NCBI RefSeq assembly: GCF_001447785.1
Contig: NW_015161407.1
Coordinates: 1,246,040 to 1,310,039, forward strand
Direction of reading: 5' to 3'
Source of the DNA: Gekko japonicus
Lineage: Eukaryota
Length of the DNA stretch: 64,000 bases
A program made the position numbers and the translations under genes. How positions within the stretch are numbered: the first letter of the stretch is position 1; every line of letters begins with the position of its first letter. Positions 39,071 to 52,883 of the stretch are shown one piece after another. The notes under the pieces were generated by a model. It saw only the letters and a program-made list of their open reading frames with translations. It was not told where the DNA came from and ran no database searches.

Positions 39071-42000
39071 CCCCAATACGTTTTCACCTGTGCACAAATG
39101 CTCTTAAGCAACTGAATTATGTTTAGTTATTTTACCTGCTTACCTAATCATATGGATAAATATTTGTGAATCTACCTTAATCTTAATTTTGCAAAAGCAT
39201 GCCAAAGGATTTGTTGGAATATCACTCGCTTGTTTAGTTTTATTTATGGCATTTTTAAACTTGTCTAAAAGTATAAAAATGTTCTCAAAGATGCTGTTCC
39301 CTTACAGTTTTAAAGTTAGTATGTCCCATAGTTCACATTTTGGGAGGGGAGTGAAAAGATAGATTGGATGAAAATGTATGTTATGGGTCCATAAATGTGT
39401 CCAGTATATTACTGTAATCTAAACAAACAAGTTATTTTGGAATAAAACGATTTTTGTGAGCTTAGTGATTAATATCCAAAAACATCAAAAGCCATGCTGT
39501 ATGGTAAATGATCTGTAAAACCATTACTTAAAGTTTTATTCTTCTACATTTTGTATATAAAATTGTTATAAAATATATTTGAGAAATATTTGCTTTGAGT
39601 AAGGTACTTGTTGCCTGTTACAGTTGGGAGAAAATAATGTAGTGTTAGTAGTTCCTCCTAACATTTCTGCATAACTTAAACAATTGTGGGATCTTGTGAG
39701 TTCTGTGTCCCATTGTTAGTTGACACTCAGCAAGATTAATCATAAGGATTCCTGAAAAGACTGAAATGTTGGCTTGTGTAAATACAAGTCAAACACCCAT
39801 CCTAAATCTTGGTAGGGGCTGGTGGGGGGGTGAGGGTTTGGCTTTGAGGATACACAGTGTGGTCCAGTCATCCTCCAGCGTTATCCTTGAACAAAAACTG
39901 AAGCCTTTGGCATATGTTTTATCACTCCTTTCAATAATCTGTAGATGTTCAGTGAAAATAGAAGTACTGGGTAGTTTCCCAAAGTTGGCAGGTAGATAGT
40001 TTTTTATAAAAGGAAAAGAAGAAATGGAATATTAAAGTTCAATGCAAGATGCCTATGCAAAACCTGTAAGATGGTTGGCTTCCTGCCACTCTAGTGTGTC
40101 CCACTACCCCAGTGATTGTCAGTGTAGCATTAGATGCATACAGATGGAAGAATGCCTAATCTCAGTGCGGCCTTGATTTTCAGGTAAGTGGATTTCCTTA
40201 TACACACTTATATAGGGCTAACTTTATATACCTTTGTATTTATTTGGATGCCTATTAATCTGTCTGTCTTGTAGATTTTAAGAAACAGGATCCTTTCTAT
40301 GATATCCTGTCTTTTACATTTCAGTATTGTATAAATAGTAGCTTGAATGCTGTAGACATTTTTAATGACCTCTAAATTTGTCATCATCTAGTTCTGGGTT
40401 TCTTTCCATCTCCTGTCCCCTAATTGCACGTTCATTCAGTTTGCTTGGAGGTTAGTAGAACTTTGGCTTTCTATTAATCATGCTTTCAGGGAACTTCTAA
40501 AGCTTGTAGTGGCCCTTGCAAGGTTTTAAACCATATCTACTCCTTCATTACAAGGATGATTTGAACCATTTACTGTAGTCTGGTTCACAGCAAGACAGCT
40601 GGAGAGCAGATACCACACCAGTTACTATAACTTGCAAAAATAACTTAAGATTCTTACCTGTATGCAAATAACAAAAATAGAAATTGCATGTATGAGTCCT
40701 GGGGGCAATTTTTTAAAAAAATTCTAAATGGCTGGCAGGAGTTTTTGAGTCACTGCTTTACGGACAAGAATTATACTCTGTCTGACTCAGTGATCATGTC
40801 TGACAGGTTCATGCTGTGCAGCACCATGCAACAGACTGGATAAAAATAACAAAATGAAGATGGGTAATCTGGTTTTCTAAGCAGCTGGATCACAGAATGA
40901 TATTTCAGAGAGATGTGTGAGAAATTTAGAAGTTTTGAGATTATCTGGAAATGTCAAGGGCCCGTGCAGCTTCATTAGCAACTCATTTTACTACTGTTGT
41001 TAACATTTGGTAGGTGTTGACTTGGCTAGTCTTAGTACAGCTAGTTTAATTCCACAGACAAAATTGGTTTAAATCCACATGTGCTTGTTCCTTTAATTGA
41101 TCTTCAAGGCATAATAACTGTATTTTATGATCCTTTACCTCTCCTGAGTGAAGAGAAAAGGTGCGTGCTGTTTTGTTAAATGGTGTATGCCTATTTCGTC
41201 CTGCTGTACATGTAATCTGGAAGACTATGCTGGTAAAGGTCCTCAGTGAAGCTGCTGTAGATACACAACACATTTTTTATTGAATGTGATTATTTATAAA
41301 TGAGGAAACAGCTGAATGAAGTCAAGAGCATAGTTCTGCCCCAAATCTGAGACAGCACAATGGAAGAGCTGTTTTGTGCATCTGCTTGTGATACATCTCA
41401 ACACTATGTGCAGAGCAAAAATTGAAATCCTTTTTAATTGGTGCTTTAATATGTTAACTGGAGCTTTAGCAACCTAAAATATGTTAGTCAAGATTGAAAC
41501 AGACTTCTGAAACCCAGATGTCTGCAATTTGGTTATGTCTCAACAAATTTATAAGTAGTTTTTTATATCCTTACTCATAGGTATTTACACCAGGCTAAAA
41601 CTAAATCCATGAATGCTTGGAAATTCCAGTTAAGACAAATAATGGCTTTTAGGGAAACAGCATCTATGTATTAAAATGAGCACACCTGAATTTTGTTAAA
41701 TGTTTGCCCTTATTAACAGCAGACAGTACACATGATCTAGTTTAAAAACTAGTTTTAATACTAAGCTGTGGCTAAAAAGGCATTAAAACTGCTGCCATAT
41801 TTGTCCCAACTACATAGGCTGCTGGAGGGGTGTGTGTGTGAGATGTTAATTGCAGCAAAAACAAGTGGATACTTTCCCTGTGTGTAGATTTTGCTAGGGA
41901 CAAACCTTTGACAACCTGTTCTGTCACATCTTTGGTATTGGAGAAAAGTAATGGCAGAGAAAAGAAGGATGTGGCAATGTGTCTTTTTCTGGATTCAGCA

Positions 42001-42193
42001 TGAAACAGGGAAGATGCTATTTTTAAGCCTGGCTGGTGGAGAAAGCAACTCAATAATGCAACACACCTATTTTAGAATGAAATTAGCCCCCAGCTTGGAG
42101 GGAATTCACATGAAAGCAATATTTGCTTTAATGTGAGCTGAGGACAAAGTTGTTCTGTTGAGTTGCTGAGGGCTGCATGCTTATTAGGTCAGT

Positions 42194-42745
42194 ACATAAG
42201 AACATAAGAGAAGCCAATGTTGGATCAGGCCAATGGCCCATCTAGTCCAACACTCTGTCACACAGTGGCCAAAAATACCAGGTGCCATCAGGAGGTCCAG
42301 CAGTGGAGCCAGGACACTAGAAGCCCTCCCACTGTTGCCCCCCCCCCCAAGCACCAAGAATACAGAGCATCATTTGCCCCAGCCTGAGAGTTCCTATCTA
42401 TACCTTATGGCTAATAGCCACTGGTGGACTTCTGCTCCATATGCTTATCTAATTCCCTCTTGAAGCTGTCCTTGCTTGTAGCCACCGCCACCTCCTGTGG
42501 CAGTGAATTCCATTGTGTTAATCACTCTTTGGGTGAAGAAGTGCTTCCTGTTCTAACCCAATTGCTTAGCAATTTCATTGAGTGCCCACAAGTTCTTGTA
42601 TTGTGAGAAAGGGAGAAAAGTACTTCTTTCTCAACCTGCTCTATCCCATGCATAATCTTATAAACCTCAATCATGTCACCCCTCAGCTGTGGTTTCTCCA
42701 AGCTAAAGAGCCCCAAGTGTTTTAACCTTTCTTCATAGGGAAAGT
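42194..42745 (-). mobile_element. CR1 LINE 3' fragment (second subfamily)
   Basis: ACATAAGAACATAAGA tail; YEERLKHLGLFSLEK..LRGDMIEVYKIM. Confidence 0.9.
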
Positions 42746-43199
42746 GCAGAAAAGTACAGAAAAGGCAGAGGCATCTCTTAACAACTTGCGCACTTCCAGC
42801 TGTAAAATGTGAATGCATATGTAAAAATAATGGCTGGTGAATCTCCAAAGATGGTTATTAAATATGGAGTAGTTTGTATCACCGGTTCCCCATCAGAGGT
42901 AGAAAAACAATGCCTGCTTTAAAAACGCAGTAGAATTTTAACATGTTCAGAATTACAGTCTACTTGTGCTTGAAAACCCTGAGCACAACTGCTGGACTGA
43001 GTAGACGGCCAGTATGAGTAGAACTGACTTTGATGGACAAATGGATTCAATTTATGCTGTGTCTTTCTGTGCTGAGGAGAATGCTCACCGAGGAAACAAC
43101 CTCCGGACCTGCTGCTGAGTAACCAGCCTAAAGGCTGCGATGAAAATCACTCAAAGCATCTTTCTACCCCCAGTGATAGGTGATAGAAGTCCCTCTCCC

Positions 43200-44270
43200 C
43201 TTGTTCTCTCATACTACTACGCTGCAGGGTGACCTAAAGGGTGGGAATCCTTCACATAGTCGACCGTGACGGGAAGAGAGGGCTTCTTCCAGCCCTGACT
43301 GCAGGTCGTCGTCTCGACCCCTTCCCACCTCAGACCAGCGACTCCGTTCTTTTCACAGTCCCTCTGGATCGCCTTTGCAACGTAAAGCCGCCACGTTCCC
43401 GCCAATCAGAAACCAAGCTGAACGTGAAGGTCGCAGCTTGAGCCTCACACTTGGGCAAGATTGACCCCCCCCCCTCCTCCAAAAAAACCAATATGTGCGC
43501 TACACACTTATTAAACGACGGGCGGCATGCGGAAGTTAGCAGCCCCGCTTCAGACCAGCCTCCCGCTCTGTTGGGCCGGCTTGGTGGGGCGATCAACTAG
43601 GGGAAGGGAACAGAGAAGCCCCGCCTCCCCTCCCTTTAATCCCGCCCTCTCCGGCTCTTGGCGGCGTTCGGAGGGAGCTGCCGCTGGATTCCCGCGGTGG
43701 TGCAGCTCCTGCCTCGCCCTCTCCGCGCGCGCTCCGCCTCGCCCGGGCAGGGTTACGCGCCTCGACGCCTCTGCTCAGCCCGGCGGGACGTGCAGGATGC
43801 TCCCCTCCGCGGCGCAGTTACTCCGGAGTGCCTGGGGAGGGAGGTGGCAGCCCCGGATGCGGCTGCTCGCCCCTCTGGCGGGCGGAGGAGGGGGAGGGCG
43901 AAGAAACGGGAGCTCTTCCCTCCAGCGGGACCAGCCGCAGGTGAGTGGCGGCCCGGGCAGGGAGCGGGTCCGCGTTGGGCGCTCTTTCGCTCTCCTCCCT
44001 TTCAGGCCTCGAGAAGAAGAAGAAGAAGCGAAACTTCCTGGTGGTTGTTTCTCGCCAGGGCAAAGCGCCAGGTTGGGGCTTCGGTTGCTTTGGGCTTCCG
44101 GGCGGGTTGGAACCAAACAGAAAAGTTGCGTTGGGCTCCGGACGCGGCTGAAACCGCACGCTCTTTCCTGCCCCAGTGCCAGAGCTCGGGGCCTTCAGAC
44201 TAGAGAGCAAACTTGCAAAGAACGGAAGGAGAGGCAGAGCAGGCGTTCGAGTCCCGAATGGGGCTCTTTC
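43200..44270 (+). promoter_or_regulatory. CpG island promoter, copy 1
   Basis: High GC and CpG in an otherwise CpG-depleted region; CCAAT (GCCAATCAG) at ~43402; GC boxes at ~43618 and ~43641. Confidence 0.85.
43797..43940 (+). CDS. MCUB: First coding exon, probably MCUB (CCDC109B), copy 1
   Basis: ATG in CpG island; 48 aa Arg/Leu/Ala-rich, nearly acid-free MTS-like peptide (MLPSAAQLLRSAWGGRW...QPQ); strong CAG|GTGAGT donor. Gene name rests on conserved SEC24B-MCUB synteny, not on sequence recognition. Confidence 0.6.
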
Positions 44271-46107
44271 CAGATGTCATTCCTTCACTGATGAATTCCG
44301 GATGGGTGGGTAGTTGTGTCAGTCTGTGGCAGCCAAACAAAACAGGAGTCTTCTTGGTAGCCCTAACGGTGCCATTGGGCTTCTCTGTTATTATTCTCCG
44401 CCGCTGATCAAGACAGTGTGCATGAATGCTAAGGAAAGTGCGCTCTTTCCTCCCGTATTCCAAAGAGCCTGTGGAAACAATCTTCACTTTAAACCGCAGA
44501 CTTGCAATTTTCTTATAAAGACTTTCCAATACCATATCAACCTACAGTTCTTTAAGGATGCGTTTGTATCTCGATTTCAGCACTATACTTAGCACTGGGA
44601 ATGCTGCTAGCCCTTGGGGACTTCATGCATGTCTAGATTGAAATGAGAACAGACTGTGCCTTTTCCCTTGGTACTTGAAATTGCTAGTGGCATTGAACAT
44701 TGCCAGTGGCATTGAGAGTCATACCCTTCTCATAAACACACGTGTCCATGGAGATGTCTACTATTTCTGCCTTGGTGGTGACCGTTAGAGAGAGGATACA
44801 CTTCGTTAAGGAAGGGGTAATATATCTGTGTGCTGTTGCAAGACGACCCAACATTAATCAGCCTTGCCTTGCCAAAACGCCTGAGCATTAGAAAGCCACT
44901 GGAGGTAATCTCGTGGGAGGGAAGCAATTAGTTCAGTTAGATCGAGCAGTTAGTTGCTGGCAGCATTTTTCTTTCTGCCTTCTTTCTCTCATTTGTATTT
45001 GCCATCCCCTTATTTTCAGTGGGTTGTAAAATAAGAGTTTTCTGAAGCTCAGAACTCTGCTGACACTTATCAGCCATTTGCCTTCCACAACTTCGTAGAG
45101 ACTCTTTCTAGCAAGGAAACAGCGCTCTGTGCCGAAACTCTTTATACGGGAGTAAAGGTTTTCTTCCTTTGTGAGCCCTCAAGGTGTGCCTGAGAAAATG
45201 TATTTGGCAGCAAGTGATAGTGTTGTTTCCAGAGCGCTGTGATGAGAGCCACTCTTTATTGCTTAGAGGCAAAGTCTTCTCTCTGACAGGATATAGGCTC
45301 AGAATTAAGCATATGCCGCTTTGATCTTATGAAAAATAAACAAAAAAGCCCTGTTGAAAATCATGACATTTCCCCCTCCCCCCACCACACTCTTTTTGGT
45401 TCTACATCAACTGTTGTCCTACTTTTGGAAGAATAACAAATTATCCATGGAAAACACTTAAGGAGCTGTTTATTTAGCACAGATGTATTCTGTGCACTCT
45501 GTACTCAAAACACAGACAATCTGCATATAAATGACTCTTGTAAATAATTGTAGTAAATCAACTAGAGTTCAATAAATGTATGATTTCCAATGCCTGCTTC
45601 TAGCTGTTGAAGCCATCCTCCCTTGGGGCTTGTTTATTTATTTTTGCATGCTGGATATGCACTGCTGGGTAGTATCTACAGAGGCCCCATATAACAACAG
45701 GAGCTCATCAGCAGGCATTTAGATTGTTACTTAGTCACCCTGGGTTAAGTAGCTTAACCTTCTGTCACCACTTCAATGCAATATTGCTGAATGATTCCGG
45801 AAGGTATGCTGTTGTTTTCTTTATGTTCCCTTGTACATTTAACATGTTCATTTTGTAAAATTTTGGCTTCATTGCTGTGGAAAGTGGTAGCCTGTGAAAT
45901 GGTGAAGCATCACTTTGGATATTGTTTTTTAAAAAATATATATTTTCCCCATGTGTGGGCTCATGTGTGCTGAGGAGAATGCTCACCGAGGAAACAACCT
46001 CCGGACCTGCTGCTGAGTAACAAGCCTAAAGGCTGCGATGAAAATCACTCAAAGCATCTTTCTACCCCCAGTAAGGTAGCTAAACAGGTGACAGAAGTCC
46101 CTCTCCC

Positions 46108-47178
46108 CTTGTTCTCTCATACTACTACGCTGCAGGGTGACCTAAAGGGTGGGAATCCTTCACATAGTCGACCGTGACGGGAAGAGAGGGCTTCTTCCAG
46201 CCCTGACTGCAGGTCGTCGTCTCGACCCCTTCCCACCTCAGACCAGCGACTCCGTTCTTTTCACAGTCCCTCTGGATCGCCTTTGCAACGTAAAGCCGCC
46301 ACGTTCCCGCCAATCAGAAACCAAGCTGAACGTGAAGGTCGCAGCTTGAGCCTCACACTTGGGCAAGATTGACCCCCCCCCCTCCTCCAAAAAAACCAAT
46401 ATGTGCGCTACACACTTATTAAACGACGGGCGGCATGCGGAAGTTAGCAGCCCCGCTTCAGACCAGCCTCCCGCTCTGTTGGGCCGGCTTGGTGGGGCGA
46501 TCAACTAGGGGAAGGGAACAGAGAAGCCCCGCCTCCCCTCCCTTTAATCCCGCCCTCTCCGGCTCTTGGCGGCGTTCGGAGGGAGCTGCCGCTGGATTCC
46601 CGCGGTGGTGCAGCTCCTGCCTCGCCCTCTCCGCGCGCGCTCCGCCTCGCCCGGGCAGGGTTACGCGCCTCGACGCCTCTGCTCAGCCCGGCGGGACGTG
46701 CAGGATGCTCCCCTCCGCGGCGCAGTTACTCCGGAGTGCCTGGGGAGGGAGGTGGCAGCCCCGGATGCGGCTGCTCGCCCCTCTGGCGGGCGGAGGAGGG
46801 GGAGGGCGAAGAAACGGGAGCTCTTCCCTCCAGCGGGACCAGCCGCAGGTGAGTGGCGGCCCGGGCAGGGAGCGGGTCCGCGTTGGGCGCTCTTTCGCTC
46901 TCCTCCCTTTCAGGCCTCGAGAAGAAGAAGAAGAAGCGAAACTTCCTGGTGGTTGTTTCTCGCCAGGGCAAAGCGCCAGGTTGGGGCTTCGGTTGCTTTG
47001 GGCTTCCGGGCGGGTTGGAACCAAACAGAAAAGTTGCGTTGGGCTCCGGACGCGGCTGAAACCGCACGCTCTTTCCTGCCCCAGTGCCAGAGCTCGGGGC
47101 CTTCAGACTAGAGAGCAAACTTGCAAAGAACGGAAGGAGAGGCAGAGCAGGCGTTCGAGTCCCGAATGGGGCTCTTTC
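46108..47178 (+). promoter_or_regulatory. CpG island promoter, copy 2
   Basis: Duplicate of copy 1 at offset +2908. Confidence 0.8.
46705..46848 (+). CDS. MCUB: First coding exon, probably MCUB, copy 2
   Basis: Identical to 43797-43940. Confidence 0.6.
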
Positions 47179-50094
47179 CAGATGTCATTCCTTCACTGAT
47201 GAATTCCGGATGGGTGGGTAGTTGTGTCAGTCTGTGGCAGCCAAACAAAACAGGAGTCTTCTTGGTAGCCCTAACGGTGCCATTGGGCTTCTCTGTTATT
47301 ATTCTCCGCCGCTGATCAAGACAGTGTGCATGAATGCTAAGGAAAGTGCGCTCTTTCCTCCCGTATTCCAAAGAGCCTGTGGAAACAATCTTCACTTTAA
47401 ACCGCAGACTTGCAATTTTCTTATAAAGACTTTCCAATACCATATCAACCTACAGTTCTTTAAGGATGCGTTTGTATCTCGATTTCAGCACTATACTTAG
47501 CACTGGGAATGCTGCTAGCCCTTGGGGACTTCATGCATGTCTAGATTGAAATGAGAACAGACTGTGCCTTTTCCCTTGGTACTTGAAATTGCTAGTGGCA
47601 TTGAACATTGCCAGTGGCATTGAGAGTCATACCCTTCTCATAAACACACGTGTCCATGGAGATGTCTACTATTTCTGCCTTGGTGGTGACCGTTAGAGAG
47701 AGGATACACTTCGTTAAGGAAGGGGTAATATATCTGTGTGCTGTTGCAAGACGACCCAACATTAATCAGCCTTGCCTTGCCAAAACGCCTGAGCATTAGA
47801 AAGCCACTGGAGGTAATCTCGTGGGAGGGAAGCAATTAGTTCAGTTAGATCGAGCAGTTAGTTGCTGGCAGCATTTTTCTTTCTGCCTTCTTTCTCTCAT
47901 TTGTATTTGCCATCCCCTTATTTTCAGTGGGTTGTAAAATAAGAGTTTTCTGAAGCTCAGAACTCTGCTGACACTTATCAGCCATTTGCCTTCCACAACT
48001 TCGTAGAGACTCTTTCTAGCAAGGAAACAGCGCTCTGTGCCGAAACTCTTTATACGGGAGTAAAGGTTTTCTTCCTTTGTGAGCCCTCAAGGTGTGCCTG
48101 AGAAAATGTATTTGGCAGCAAGTGATAGTGTTGTTTCCAGAGCGCTGTGATGAGAGCCACTCTTTATTGCTTAGAGGCAAAGTCTTCTCTCTGACAGGAT
48201 ATAGGCTCAGAATTAAGCATATGCCGCTTTGATCTTATGAAAAATAAACAAAAAAGCCCTGTTGAAAATCATGACATTTCCCCCTCCCCCCACCACACTC
48301 TTTTTGGTTCTACATCAACTGTTGTCCTACTTTTGGAAGAATAACAAATTATCCATGGAAAACACTTAAGGAGCTGTTTATTTAGCACAGATGTATTCTG
48401 TGCACTCTGTACTCAAAACACAGACAATCTGCATATAAATGACTCTTGTAAATAATTGTAGTAAATCAACTAGAGTTCAATAAATGTATGATTTCCAATG
48501 CCTGCTTCTAGCTGTTGAAGCCATCCTCCCTTGGGGCTTGTTTATTTATTTTTGCATGCTGGATATGCACTGCTGGGTAGTATCTACAGAGGCCCCATAT
48601 AACAACAGGAGCTCATCAGCAGGCATTTAGATTGTTACTTAGTCACCCTGGGTTAAGTAGCTTAACCTTCTGTCACCACTTCAATGCAATATTGCTGAAT
48701 GATTCCGGAAGGTATGCTGTTGTTTTCTTTATGTTCCCTTGTACATTTAACATGTTCATTTTGTAAAATTTTGGCTTCATTGCTGTGGAAAGTGGTAGCC
48801 TGTGAAATGGTGAAGCATCACTTTGGATATTGGTTTTTTAAAAAATATATTTTCCCCATGTGTGGGCTCATGTGTACTTAAAGATTCTCATCAAGCAGTT
48901 GTGTTGCATCGAAGACCCCTAGGGATGGCTTTCCTTCTTTGAATTACTCCATTGCTTTGCAAGTCAGCAAATGGTATTTCTGAAGGGGAAAGGTTATGTG
49001 CTTGGTTATAATCTATGCTGTTAACACTGGCTTAACGGTGTGCTATGCATATACAAATGTGCTTATGTAAAACAAAATTATATGCTTGGTGTTATGGCCA
49101 AGATAAAAAAAACCCTCATGGTAGTAAAATGCTAAACCACTAGCAAAACATCACTGACAGTTAAAGTTAGTACTAGTAACGTGCCTTTACTCAAATGTAC
49201 CATTCCATTTTCACATGTACTTTTGCAGCAGATTCAAATCATTATTTTTGCTACAACAGTTAAACATTATATAATTGATTTGCAGGGGTCTTGCAAACGC
49301 AGAATCTGTGTTGGGGGTTCAGAGCCCTTCCTTCCCTCCTCGTTTTTCACCCTCACTATATATAAAGGGGGATGTTTTTGGTATGTCAGTCTGACAAACA
49401 CAGACATAATCTGAGTAGTACTGAAATGTAGGTCCTTCTGTGGGAAAGGGTCAGCTATTGTGGCTGGCCTCGGGTAGTCAGCCAATACCTGTGGTTGCAC
49501 CAGAGAGTGGTCTTGCCTTTGACATCATGGTGAGCCTAAGATGTGCATGAAGTACCACAGAAGCACGGCATAGCTTCAAGGACAACCCTCTCCTCCCGAG
49601 CTCACAAAAAAGTTCGGATGGGTTCTACTCACCTGAAAGAGGCAGGACATTTGTCATGGGACCAAGATACATAAAATTATTGGATCAGTTTCGTCTTAAA
49701 GAGGACTCCTTGCCTTTAGATAAATTTGTGTTATAAGGAAGAGATTCTTTAGTGTAGCTCATGGAAATAAATAGCATAATAGTGTTTATCAATGTGACTG
49801 CTTATAATTTTAAGAGTGCTTGAATCCCCCCCCCCCTCTGCCCGGGTAATCTATTGAAGAACATAGAAACACCATTTCCTCTGGTAATCTTGGGAACATG
49901 GAAGCAAGATCCACAGCATACTAGCAGTAATTATGGGACAAGAAAGTTCATTAGCGAAAGAACTCGCTACATCTCTGGAGCAGAGGGAAAGTTAGTTGAG
50001 TGATTAGTTATTCTTCTTGCAAGTTGGGCTTCAGCTGGCTGTGGCATACGGTGAGTGGGATCCCGCTGAGAAACTTCAGTGAGGAGTCTGCGCG

Positions 50095-50421
50095 GTAAGC
50101 ACTGAGAATTCTACGAGATCTTGTCACAGTTCCGCAGGGCCGTGAAAACTGAGCTTTTCCGGCAGGCATTCCGATAGGAGCTGCACCTTATCAGCCATGC
50201 CCTGTGTCGACCTAGAGCTAGAAGTTACTTAGAGTGGTAGCACTGCTGAATGTGTTCTTAAATGCACTTTAGTATATCACACTGCCATCGTTATATCAAC
50301 TGTTTTAAATTGTTTATTATGGATTTTTATACTGAAATGTACATTATTTTATTGGTTTTATGTGAGCCGCCCTGAGCCTGCCTCAGCGGGGAGGGTTGGG
50401 TAAAAGTTAAATAAATAAATA
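50095..50421 (+). mobile_element. L2 LINE 3' end
   Basis: GAGCCGCCCTGAGCC...GGGAGGG and (AAAT)n tail shared with the other L2 copies. Confidence 0.7.
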
Positions 50422-50604
50422 CATGGGAGGCATTGTATGGAAGCAGGGGAGGGAAGGAGAAAGCAGCTACTTCATGTGTGAACTGAGCCTCGCTATCTGG
50501 TAGAGATAGTGCACATGAAAAAGGCCTTCTCTACTGTGGAACCTTGCTGGGTGACTTTGGGCCAGTCACACACACTCAGCCTAAGCTACCTCACAAGTCT
50601 GTTG

Positions 50605-50814
50605 AACAAATTTAGAGTCCAGTGGCACCTTTAAGACCAACAAAAGTGTATTCAAGGTATGAGTTTTCATGTGCATGCAAACGTTTTCAAAATAGTATTT
50701 GAAAAAATGTCCATGCACACAAAAGCTCATACCTTGAATAAACCTTTGTTGGTCTTAAAGGTGCCACTGGACTCTAAATTCTGCTGCTTCAAACCAGCAC
50801 GGGTAAGCCTGGAA
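50605..50814. mobile_element. Penelope-like inverted terminal fragment inserted in a MIR/Squam-like SINE
   Basis: ~70-bp inverted arms (50609-50780); TSD TCACAAGTCTGTTG at 50591-50604 and 50821-50834. Confidence 0.7.
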
Positions 50815-52289
50815 CTACCTTCACAAGTCTGTTGTGAAAACGAAGGGGTGAATGTTGTAAGCCACTTTGGGTCCCCATTTGGGAGGAAAATTGGGGTATA
50901 AAATGACACAAATAATAGTTTGGGAGGTTGCTTTAAACTTCTCCTTGTAGCAAACTTTTCTGCCCAGCAAGCTGTTCCTGCACAGTTTCTCAGCACATAG
51001 ATAACATATTGATTCTTTGTCACTGTCTGCCTGGTTACCTACTTGGTTACCTTTTTATGTTTAAAAATACTCCTGGTATATTTAGAGGGGAAGAAGCTGT
51101 AAAGCTGGTTTATGTACCTTTGAAAGTATTCTGTATTGTATTTGTGTAAAGATTAAAACAGGAATGCTTGCCTTTCTATGGAGTAAGGTGTGCTGGATTT
51201 TCTTTGAAGCCAGCCAACATTTCCACATAGGTGGAAAAATGCAGAATTTTTTTTGCCCCTAATGCCTGGAGAGTTTTCATGACTGCTTCTATATTAGGGT
51301 CTCTGTACTCCCAGTGATAAGTGCATTTGAACCGGGGTGGGGGGTTCCTTCTCTTGCTCTGTTCTTCTGCTTCAAAATTTTTGCTAGAAGATCTAGTTGT
51401 ACATGAATCTGGCTGAAAAATATTAATAACCTCACAGTTATGGGAAAAGAAAGTAGCATTGTGAATCCACAATCCTAAAACATAGGGCACTTTGTACTTA
51501 AGTAGGGTCTGATGTGTTCGTACAGCACATACGTCTACTTGTAATCCACATGTGTTTGTGATTTTAATCATACCTTTGCAGCACCTCCATTTCCTCCTTC
51601 CCCCACATTTTTGTACATGGCTAATGGTGGTGATGGTGGAATCAGCAGTGGTGTACAGTATGGGTGCCAGCCTTTCTGCTTGGGTGGCGAAGGTGCCTTA
51701 GCAAAATATCGTCATTTTTGCCTCTCAAACAGCTGGTTGTGTGCTGCACCAGGCAAAAAGACAGTAGGTGAGGTTCTGCCGGCCCATTATGCACGATGGG
51801 TGGTAGCAGTGGTGGGGAAGTGGTATTTCACCACAGTGCTCGGTAGACCTTTTCTATGTAAATATGGCCTCAGGACAAATTCTAACCATGTGAATAAATC
51901 CAGTGATTAAGCCAGCACTGAGAACTGACTAACAACAGTCCTAGATAGTAAGGACAATATTTGTAAAGTGAAGGAATTACTATGAATATGGAAAGATAGA
52001 TATGTTTGCAAAGTTGTTTGTCTCTTTTGGTTTTTGTTATATCTGTATTTCCTGAAAATTTAATGCAAACCAAAATGTTTTCAATTAAGTGGCGGTAAAA
52101 TATTTGTTCTATTAAATGTAATGTAGTGAAAAACTGTAGGCCTAACTAGATATGTAAACTGCAACTGGGTTCAGAAGCAGTATTTTGACACAATGGCCTT
52201 GATTAGAAATATGACTCAACTTGTCTACATTTCACTAGAGGGAAAAGTGAGTGAATGTTGCAGAGTTTAGAAATGCTTTAAGAACTTGC

Positions 52290-52883
52290 TGTACTGGCTT
52301 ACAGGCTCTGAGTACCAAGTGTCAGAAGTCAGGCAGGGGCGGGGTCTTTCATTCTGAAGTCAGGATTCCAAAAGTCAGGCTAGGCAGGGTCGTTCAGTCC
52401 AACATCAGGCTTCCAAGAATCAGGCAAGGCAGAGTTGGTGGCTTAGCATCTATCATACATGTTGCATCCATGTCTAACAGCCTCTCTTGGCTGGTTTTTA
52501 CAGCCCAGTGCCTAAGGGTCATGCTTGCAGCCAGCTGCTCATAAGTAATCCTACTCATCTTTGTCATCAGCAAGCAGCTGGCATTAGGCCAGGAGGTGTG
52601 CATTCTGCCTTCTTGCCTGTAGTTCTGTTCGCAGCCTCTGTCTATGGCACACTCTGAGGGTGTAGGAGATACTGGTGGGCTGCAAATGGCTAACTGAGGT
52701 TCACCTGCTGAATCAGGGCTGAAGGGTGTTGATGGTTCTGCACCAGCTGTTGGCTGTGAATCCTGACAACCCTGCATCTCATTCTGTTGCTGGTCAACTT
52801 CTGTTAATTCAAGGCTGGCTACATGGGGCTCCTCTTTTTCTGAGGAGTCCTCACTGTTTCTGAGCCCTGGCTGACCTAGGATA
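52290..52883. mobile_element. Probable solo LTR (Gypsy-type)
   Basis: Flanked by 5-bp direct repeat CTTGC (52285-52289 / 52884-52888); termini TGTACT...AGGATA (decayed TG..CA); internal AGTCAGG repeats. Confidence 0.55.

Larger units (their letters stand above)
43068..48875 (+). repeat. Tandem duplication, ~2.9 kb unit (43068-45968 / 45966-48875)
   Basis: Near-identical copies; duplicated ORF track entries at +2908; TGT shared at the junction. Confidence 0.97.

Noticed and set aside
43527-44291. 254-aa and overlapping 113-181 aa ORFs (and their copies at +2908)
   Set aside because: Stop-poor GC-rich CpG island; only ATG 43797 to the donor at 43940 has gene-like signals.
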